From a virus (Duplodnaviria > Heunggongvirae > Uroviricota > Caudoviricetes), in IMG/VR virus record IMGVR_UViG_2675903481_000017: a stretch of DNA of 4,247 nt, one strand, 5' to 3'. The notes beneath the pieces are model-generated. The model was given only the letters and a program-made list of their open reading frames with translations. It was not told the DNA's origin and did no database searches. The position numbers were made by a program, and so were the translations under genes. Below are positions 1 through 4,247 of this stretch, piece by piece (positions within the stretch are counted from its first letter, which is position 1; every line of letters starts with the position of its first letter).

Positions 1-651
1 GCATTGTTGATCGTCGCCAACCAGTACGGCCTTAATCCGTGGACGAAAGAAATTTACGCCTTCCCTGATAAGCAGAACGGCATTGTTCCGGTGGTGGGCG
101 TTGATGGCTGGTCCCGCATCATCAATGAAAACCAGCAGTTTGATGGTATGGACTTTGAGCAGGACAATGAATCATGTACATGCCGGATTTACCGCAAAGA
201 CCGCAATCATCCGATCTGCGTTACCGAGTGGATGGATGAATGCCGCCGCGAACCATTCAAAACCCGCGAAGGCAGAGAAATCACGGGGCCGTGGCAGTCG
301 CATCCCAAACGGATGTTACGGCATAAAGCCATGATTCAGTGTGCCCGTCTGGCCTTCGGATTTGCTGGTATCTATGACAAGGATGAAGCCGAGCGCATTG
401 TCGAAAATACCGCATACACTGCAGAACGTCAGCCGGAACGCGACATCACTCCGGTTAACGATGAAACCATGCAGGAGATTAACACTCTGCTGATTGCCCT
501 GGACAAAACATGGGATGACGACTTATTGCCGCTCTGTTCCCAGATATTTCGCCGCGACATTCGCGCATCGTCAGAACTGACACAGGCCGAAGCAGTGAAA
601 GCTCTTGGATTCCTGAAACAGAAAGCCACTGAGCAGAAGGTGGCAGCATGA
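1..651 (+). CDS. bet: Red-beta (Bet) single-strand annealing protein, RecT/Red-beta family; 5' end lies upstream of the window (partial)
   Basis: The frame is open from base 1 with no start codon in the window. The translation ([55 protein letters not shown] ... [15 protein letters not shown]) matches my recollection of the C-terminal ~215 residues of lambda Bet. The TGA stop at 649-651 overlaps the exo ATG (ATGA), as in lambda. Confidence 0.88.
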   Translation, partial: ALLIVANQYGLNPWTKEIYAFPDKQNGIVPVVGVDGWSRIINENQQFDGMDFEQDNESCTCRIYRKDRNHPICVTEWMDECRREPFKTREGREITGPWQSHPKRMLRHKAMIQCARLAFGFAGIYDKDEAERIVENTAYTAERQPERDITPVNDETMQEINTLLIALDKTWDDDLLPLCSQIFRRDIRASSELTQAEAVKALGFLKQKATEQKVAA

Positions 652-1328
652 CACCGGACATTATCCTGCAGCGTACCGGGATCGACGTGAGAGCTGTCGA
701 ACAGGGGGATGATGCATGGCACAAATTACGGCTCGGCGTCATCACCGCTTCAGAAGTTCACAACGTGATAGCAAAGCCCCGCTCAGGAAAGAAGTGGCCT
801 GACATGAAAATGTCCTACTTCCACACCCTGCTGGCTGAGGTTTGCACCGGTGTGGCTCCGGAAGTTAATGCTAAGGCGCTGGCGTGGGGAAAACAGTACG
901 AGAACGACGCCAGAACCCTGTTTGAATTCACTTCCGGCGTGAATGTTACTGAATCCCCGATCATCTATCGCGACGAAAGTATGCGCACCGCCTGCTCTCC
1001 CGATGGTTTATGCAGTGACGGCAATGGCCTTGAGCTGAAATGCCCGTTTACCTCCCGGGATTTCATGAAGTTCCGGCTCGGTGGTTTCGAGGCCATAAAG
1101 TCGGCTTACATGGCCCAGGTGCAGTACAGCATGTGGGTGACACGAAAAGATGCCTGGTACTTTGCCAACTATGACCCACGAATGAAGCGTGAAGGCCTGC
1201 ATTATGTCGTGGTTGAGCGGGATGAAAAGTACATGGCGAGTTTTGACGAGATGGTGCCGGAGTTCATCGAAAAAATGGACGAAGCACTGGCTGAAATTGG
1301 TTTTGTATTTGGAGAGCAATGGCGATGA
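648..1328 (+). CDS. exo: Lambda-type 5'-3' exonuclease (Red-alpha, Exo), 226 aa
   Basis: The 226-aa translation [50 protein letters not shown]...[11 protein letters not shown] matches lambda Exo as I recall it, with a few substitutions. An AAGGTGG Shine-Dalgarno at 637-643 sits 4 nt before the ATG. Start is coupled to the bet stop (ATGA at 648-651). Confidence 0.92.
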   Translation: MTPDIILQRTGIDVRAVEQGDDAWHKLRLGVITASEVHNVIAKPRSGKKWPDMKMSYFHTLLAEVCTGVAPEVNAKALAWGKQYENDARTLFEFTSGVNVTESPIIYRDESMRTACSPDGLCSDGNGLELKCPFTSRDFMKFRLGGFEAIKSAYMAQVQYSMWVTRKDAWYFANYDPRMKREGLHYVVVERDEKYMASFDEMVPEFIEKMDEALAEIGFVFGEQWR

Positions 1329-1507
1329 CCCATCCTCACGATAATATCCGGGTAGGCGCGATCACTTTCGTCTACTCCGTTACAAAGCGAGGCTGGGTAT
1401 TTCACGGTCTTTCTGTTATCCGAAATCCGCTGAAAGCCCAGCGGCTGGCTGAGGAGATAAATAATAAACGGGGGGCGGTATGCACAAAGCATCTCCTGTT
1501 GAGTTAA
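1325..1507 (+). CDS. orf60a: Small early-left protein, 60 aa, lambda orf60a-like (function unknown)
   Basis: ATG at 1325 overlaps the exo TGA (ATGA at 1325-1328). Length of 60 codons and position directly after exo match lambda orf60a. The ORF track extends it 2 codons upstream (1319); the coupled ATG at 1325 is preferred. The name rests on recollection of the lambda map, not on a search. Confidence 0.65.
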   Translation: MTHPHDNIRVGAITFVYSVTKRGWVFHGLSVIRNPLKAQRLAEEINNKRGAVCTKHLLLS

Positions 1508-1671
1508 GAACGAGTATTGATTTGGCACATAGCCTTGCTCAAATTGGAGTCAGGTTTGTGCCAATACCAGCAGAAACAGACGAAGAATTTCATACGTTAG
1601 CCACATCCCTTTCACAAAAGCTGGAAATGATGGTGGCGAAAGCAGAAGCAGATGAGAGAGACCAGGTATGA
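1480..1671 (+). CDS. orf63: Small early-left protein, 63 aa, lambda orf63-like (function unknown)
   Basis: 63 codons, with a 28-nt overlap onto the preceding ORF, as in the lambda orf60a/orf63 arrangement. A G-rich stretch (1471-1478) precedes the ATG at 1480. Acidic C-terminus (AEADERDQV). Confidence 0.65.
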   Translation: MHKASPVELRTSIDLAHSLAQIGVRFVPIPAETDEEFHTLATSLSQKLEMMVAKAEADERDQV

Positions 1672-1751
1672 CAACCACTGAATGCATTTTTCTGGCAGCG
1701 GGCTTCATATTCTGTGTGCTTATGCTTGCCGACATGGGGCTTGTTCAGTGA
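1668..1751 (+). CDS. Candidate 27-aa hydrophobic micro-protein (MTTTECIFLAAGFIFCVLMLADMGLVQ), possible single-pass membrane peptide
   Basis: Its ATG overlaps the orf63 stop (ATGA at 1668-1671), the same coupling geometry used at the bet/exo and exo/orf60a junctions. An uninterrupted hydrophobic core of about 20 residues. Below the ORF-track length cut-off. Competes with the 1682-1864 frame. Confidence 0.25.
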   Translation: MTTTECIFLAAGFIFCVLMLADMGLVQ

Positions 1752-1864
1752 CACCTCAGCAAGAAAACGCCCTTCGCAGCATTGCCCGTCAGGCTAATTC
1801 TGAAATCAAAAAAGTCAGACAGCAGTTTCCAAAAACGTCAATGACATTTGCCGTAGCGTACTGA
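1682..1864 (+). CDS. Small hypothetical protein, 60 aa (in the position where lambda carries orf61; identity uncertain)
   Basis: Open frame of 60 codons. The same frame is also open upstream from an ATG at 1652 but is interrupted by TGA at 1679-1681, immediately followed by this ATG. No convincing Shine-Dalgarno. It overlaps the alternative 27-aa frame at 1668-1751, so only one of the two is likely real. Confidence 0.4.
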   Translation: MHFSGSGLHILCAYACRHGACSVTPQQENALRSIARQANSEIKKVRQQFPKTSMTFAVAY

Positions 1865-1979
1865 AGAAGCACCGCGAAACGGTAACGCTGAAGGGATTCA
1901 CACCGACTCATTTAAGCCTGGCAATCGGCATGTTAAACGGCGTCTTTAAGGAACGATGAACATGAAAAGCAAAATTATC

Positions 1980-2002
1980 AGGGAGCTACAGGCTCCTTTT
2001 TT
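1980..2002 (+). terminator. Candidate rho-independent terminator (short GC stem plus T6 tract), + strand
   Basis: GGAGC (1982-1986) and GCTCC (1992-1996) form a 5-bp stem around a 5-nt loop, extendable by A-U/G-U pairs, followed by TTTTTT (1997-2002). Orientation fits pL-direction transcription. The stem is short, so the strength is modest. Confidence 0.3.
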
Positions 2003-2074
2003 ATTGTTCGCATTCACCCTCAAGCGTATTAACCAACAGTTCAGGGATTAATGAAAGATGGCAGACATCATTGA

Positions 2075-2084
2075 NNNNNNNNNN
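2075..2084. other. Run of 10 N (unresolved or masked bases)
   Basis: Literal nnnnnnnnnn in the sequence. The true length and content are unknown, so ORF calls crossing it are unreliable. Confidence 0.99.
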
Positions 2085-2189
2085 CGATCCGATAGATGAA
2101 CGAAGACGCCTGGCCGTTCAGGGTTGTCGGACTTGCGCCAGTTGCCAGCAAGATCTGGAGCTTATCCGCAAACAAAGGGGGATTAAGTG

Positions 2190-2516
2190 ATGGCTAACCT
2201 GCAACTTGCTGTTAAAAGTGAATACTTCGATGCCATGATTCGCGGAGAGAAAACGGAAGAGTATCGCTTGTGTAATGACTACTGGAATAAGCGAATTATG
2301 TTCCGGGAATATGACCGCCTGATTATCACAAAGGGATATCCGAAGCGCGACGATTCCAGTCGCAGAATTGATGTTCCGTATGACGGATATGAAGTGAAGA
2401 CAATCACACATCCGCACTTTGGCGATAAACCGGTAAAGGTGTTCGCTATAAAGGTGAATATCAGCACTGAATATCAATCCGCACAACACAAGGTCAAGAA
2501 TGTTCAGAGTGATTGA
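2190..2516 (+). CDS. ASCH-domain (PUA-like fold) protein, 108 aa; predicted nucleic-acid or modified-nucleoside binding or processing
   Basis: AAGGGGG Shine-Dalgarno at 2175-2181, 8 nt before the ATG at 2190 (the track's GTG at 2187 is less likely). The translation contains GEKTEEYR, a perfect match to the ASCH signature GxKxxExR, near the N-terminus. Size of about 110 aa is typical of stand-alone ASCH proteins. Confidence 0.7.
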   Translation: MANLQLAVKSEYFDAMIRGEKTEEYRLCNDYWNKRIMFREYDRLIITKGYPKRDDSSRRIDVPYDGYEVKTITHPHFGDKPVKVFAIKVNISTEYQSAQHKVKNVQSD

Positions 2517-2739
2517 CCCTAACACCTGGTACGTCGACCACCACGGCACTCCCTGCAAAATCCTGCGTTCTACCCACAACAAAGTTCACTACATCCGAAA
2601 AGGCAGAACATGTATCGCCAGCATGTTCCGCTTTAATCATGACTTTGAACCTGTGAATAAAGCTGATGCAGATCGGATAGCAGAAGAGATCGAAACGGCA
2701 GAACACATTAAGAAGTTACGTGACATGCGCAGGAAATAG
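2500..2739 (+). CDS. Hypothetical protein, 79 aa, translationally coupled to the ASCH gene; function unknown
   Basis: ATG at 2500 with AAGG at 2490-2493, 6 nt upstream. It overlaps the 3' end of the ASCH gene by 17 nt. The C-terminal third is basic and charged (EEIETAEHIKKLRDMRRK). I recognise no named family. Confidence 0.55.
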   Translation: MFRVIDPNTWYVDHHGTPCKILRSTHNKVHYIRKGRTCIASMFRFNHDFEPVNKADADRIAEEIETAEHIKKLRDMRRK

Positions 2740-2878
2740 AAAAATTGATAAATTCAATACTGCATTTCTCAGCATTAAATTTATCTCTATGACCAGTCAA
2801 GAGATGTACCTGCCATGAGCTTAATATCATGTCAGATATATCGGTCACAAACTCCCTCAGCAGCTAAGAGGAGGACAA
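2740..2878 (+). promoter_or_regulatory. AT-rich intergenic leader upstream of xis with a strong ribosome-binding site; possible promoter or regulatory region
   Basis: This is the longest non-coding gap in the window (139 bp, clearly AT-rich). A TTGATA -35-like hexamer sits at 2745-2750 but has no well-spaced -10 partner. AAGAGGAGG (2866-2874) lies 4 nt before the xis ATG. No consensus sigma70 promoter could be confirmed. Confidence 0.25.
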
Positions 2879-3115
2879 ATGTCTCGACTAATCACTTTAC
2901 AGGACTGGGCTAAAGAAGAATTTGGGGACTTAGCACCAAGTGAGCGAGTTCTGAAAAAATACGCGCAAGGGAAAATGATGGCCCCACCCGCTATAAAAGT
3001 TGGTCGCTACTGGATGATTGACCGAAATTCCCGTTTTGTAGGAACGCTTGCAGAACCGCAACTCCCAATAAACGCAAACCCAAAACTCCAAAGGATAATC
3101 GCTGATGGCTGCTAG
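2879..3115 (+). CDS. xis: Excisionase (lambda Xis-like), 78 aa
   Basis: Sits immediately upstream of int and overlaps it by 11 nt. The N-terminal ITLQDWAKEE and PPAIKVGRYWMI motifs align to lambda Xis YLTLQEWNAR and PPPVKDGREYLF, but the protein is clearly not lambda Xis itself. Strong Shine-Dalgarno. Confidence 0.8.
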   Translation: MSRLITLQDWAKEEFGDLAPSERVLKKYAQGKMMAPPAIKVGRYWMIDRNSRFVGTLAEPQLPINANPKLQRIIADGC

Positions 3116-4247
3116 ACCCCGATCTCACAAAATCTCTATACCCAATTTATATTGCAAATTAGATAAGCGAACCGGAAAGGTATATTGGCAATACAAACAT
3201 CCACTATCCGGTCGTTTTCATAGCTTAGGAACTGATGAGAATGAAGCAAAACAAGTTGCTACTGAAGCAAATACCATTATTGCTGAACAACGTACCAGAC
3301 AAATATTAAGCGTCAATGAGCGTCTGGAAAGAATGAAAGGCAGGCGCTCAGACATTACGGTGACAGAATGGCTTGATAAATATATTTCTATCCAAGAGGA
3401 CAGGCTGCAACATAATGAACTAAGACCCAACTCCTATCGGCAAAAAGGCAAACCCATTCGTCTTTTCCGTGAGCATTGTGGAATGCAACACCTCAAGGAT
3501 ATTACCGCACTTGATATTGCCGAAATAATTGATGCTGTAAAGGCTGAAGGTCATAACAGGATGGCGCAAGTCGTGAGAATGGTGTTGATCGACGTCTTCA
3601 AAGAAGCACAACACGCAGGACATGTTCCGCCAGGATTTAACCCAGCGCAGGCAACAAAACAACCGCGAAATCGAGTAAACCGCCAAAGATTGTCACTGCC
3701 CGAATGGCAGGCAATATTTGACAGCGTAAGCAGACGGCAGCCCTATTTAAAATGCGGCATGCTACTTGCTCTTGTTACTGGACAACGTTTAGGCGATATC
3801 TGCAATTTGAAATTCTCTGATATATGGGACGACATGTTGCACATTACTCAGGAAAAAACCGGTTCAAAACTTGCTATTCCGCTTAACCTGAAATGCGATG
3901 CTCTGAATATTACCCTTCGTGAAGTTATATCTCAGTGCAGGGATGCTGTTGTTAGTAAATATCTGGTCCATTACCGTCACACTACCTCTCAAGCAAACAG
4001 AGGAGACCAGGTTTCTGCGAATACTCTGACAACGGCTTTTAAAAAGGCCCGGGAAAAATGTGGCATAAAATGGGAGCAAGGAACTGCGCCCACATTTCAT
4101 GAGCAGCGATCTCTGTCAGAACGGTTATATCGGGAACAGGGTCTGGATACGCAAAAGTTGTTAGGCCATAAATCCAGAAAAATGACCGACCGATACAATG
4201 ATGATCGTGGTAAAGACTGGATTATCGTAGATATCAAAACAGCATAG
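3105..4247 (+). CDS. int: Site-specific tyrosine integrase, lambda Int family, 380 aa
   Basis: The N-terminus (RSHKISIPNLY...) aligns to the lambda Int arm-binding N-terminus (RRSHERRDLPPNLY). Conserved catalytic signatures are present: TGQRLGD (Arg), HEQRSLSERLY (His-x-x-Arg), LLGHKS (His), and the nucleophile Tyr in DRYNDDRG (codon TAC at 4194-4196). AT-rich with rare codons, typical of int genes. The TAG stop is the last triplet of the window. Confidence 0.93.
   Translation: MAARPRSHKISIPNLYCKLDKRTGKVYWQYKHPLSGRFHSLGTDENEAKQVATEANTIIAEQRTRQILSVNERLERMKGRRSDITVTEWLDKYISIQEDRLQHNELRPNSYRQKGKPIRLFREHCGMQHLKDITALDIAEIIDAVKAEGHNRMAQVVRMVLIDVFKEAQHAGHVPPGFNPAQATKQPRNRVNRQRLSLPEWQAIFDSVSRRQPYLKCGMLLALVTGQRLGDICNLKFSDIWDDMLHITQEKTGSKLAIPLNLKCDALNITLREVISQCRDAVVSKYLVHYRHTTSQANRGDQVSANTLTTAFKKAREKCGIKWEQGTAPTFHEQRSLSERLYREQGLDTQKLLGHKSRKMTDRYNDDRGKDWIIVDIKTA

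Larger units (their letters stand above)
1..4247 (+). mobile_element. Segment of a lambdoid phage/prophage: recombination (bet-exo), small early-left ORFs, accessory cassette, excisionase and integrase, all co-oriented
   Basis: Gene content and order match the lambda pL-operon distal region (bet, exo, small ORFs, xis, int) read in the direction of transcription. All credible CDSs are on the + strand with overlapping start/stop junctions. Confidence 0.85.

Noticed and set aside
83-334. 83-aa + strand ORF in an alternative frame inside bet
   Set aside because: Lies entirely within the well-supported bet reading frame; no ribosome-binding site and an Ala/Ser/Met-rich, low-complexity translation. 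Treated as an overlapping-frame artefact.
429-1528. Minus-strand ORFs (429-722, 479-745, 1008-1319, 1202-1528) antisense to bet, exo and orf60a
   Set aside because: Each is fully antisense to a strongly supported + strand gene. The translations are Ser/Cys/Leu-rich with no recognisable motifs. Shadow ORFs of this kind are expected opposite genes with this composition.
1550-1735. 61-aa minus-strand ORF antisense to orf63
   Set aside because: Antisense to a + strand ORF that fits the operon; no Shine-Dalgarno; likely spurious.
2096-2197. 33-aa + strand ORF (MNEDAWPFRVVGLAPVASKIWSLSANKGGLSDG) overlapping the ASCH start
   Set aside because: No ribosome-binding site; it contains the Shine-Dalgarno and start of the ASCH gene in another frame; it begins right after the N-gap, so its 5' context is unknown. 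Not supportable as a gene.
2118-2706. Minus-strand ORFs (2118-2582 of 154 aa, 2279-2467, 2494-2706) opposite the accessory cassette
   Set aside because: The 154-aa frame is the longest ORF in this segment, but it is antisense to the ASCH gene, which has a Shine-Dalgarno, a canonical GxKxxExR motif and the operon orientation. The minus-strand translation has no motif and a Leu/Ile/Ser-rich composition typical of shadow frames.
2745-2780. TTGATA -35-like hexamer, considered as a sigma70 promoter upstream of xis
   Set aside because: No acceptable -10 hexamer at 16-18 bp spacing (candidates CTCAGC and TCTCAG are poor). Only the AT-richness of the region is retained, as a low-confidence regulatory note.
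3048-3061. TTGC-N6-GCAA near the 3' end of xis, considered as a cII-type activator site for an int promoter (lambda pI analogy)
   Set aside because: The lambda cII site is a direct repeat TTGC-N6-TTGC; this is an inverted arrangement with no adjacent -10 element, and its position relative to the xis start does not match lambda pI.
3218-4100. Minus-strand ORFs (3218-3430, 3420-3686, 3864-4100) inside int
   Set aside because: Antisense to the integrase, whose identity is supported by conserved catalytic motifs; Cys/Ser/Leu-rich shadow frames.
1-4247. Screen for CRISPR repeats, tRNA/rRNA genes, and IS or transposon terminal inverted repeats
   Set aside because: No periodic direct repeats with spacers, no tRNA-like cloverleaf candidates and no transposase-like ORF were seen. 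The only mobile-element signal is the phage integrase module itself.

Overview
This window is a contiguous, same-strand (+) block from a lambdoid (lambda-like) phage or prophage: the tail of the early-left (pL-type) operon running into the integration module. Gene order is bet (5'-truncated by the window edge) -> exo -> orf60a-like -> orf63-like -> small ORF(s) -> a variable accessory segment (ASCH-domain gene plus an overlapping 79-aa gene) -> xis -> int. The int stop codon is the last base of the window, so attP/attL should lie just beyond it. From memory, not a search, Bet, Exo and the two small ORFs look essentially lambda-type, while Xis and Int are clearly lambda-family but not lambda's own, so the element is mosaic. 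Genes are tightly packed with repeated start/stop overlaps, and all long minus-strand ORFs are antisense shadows. The best candidate for something undescribed is the two-gene accessory cassette at 2190-2739; its function cannot be determined from sequence alone. No rRNA, tRNA, CRISPR array or IS element is evident. A 10-base N run at 2075-2084 is an unresolved stretch inside the variable segment.
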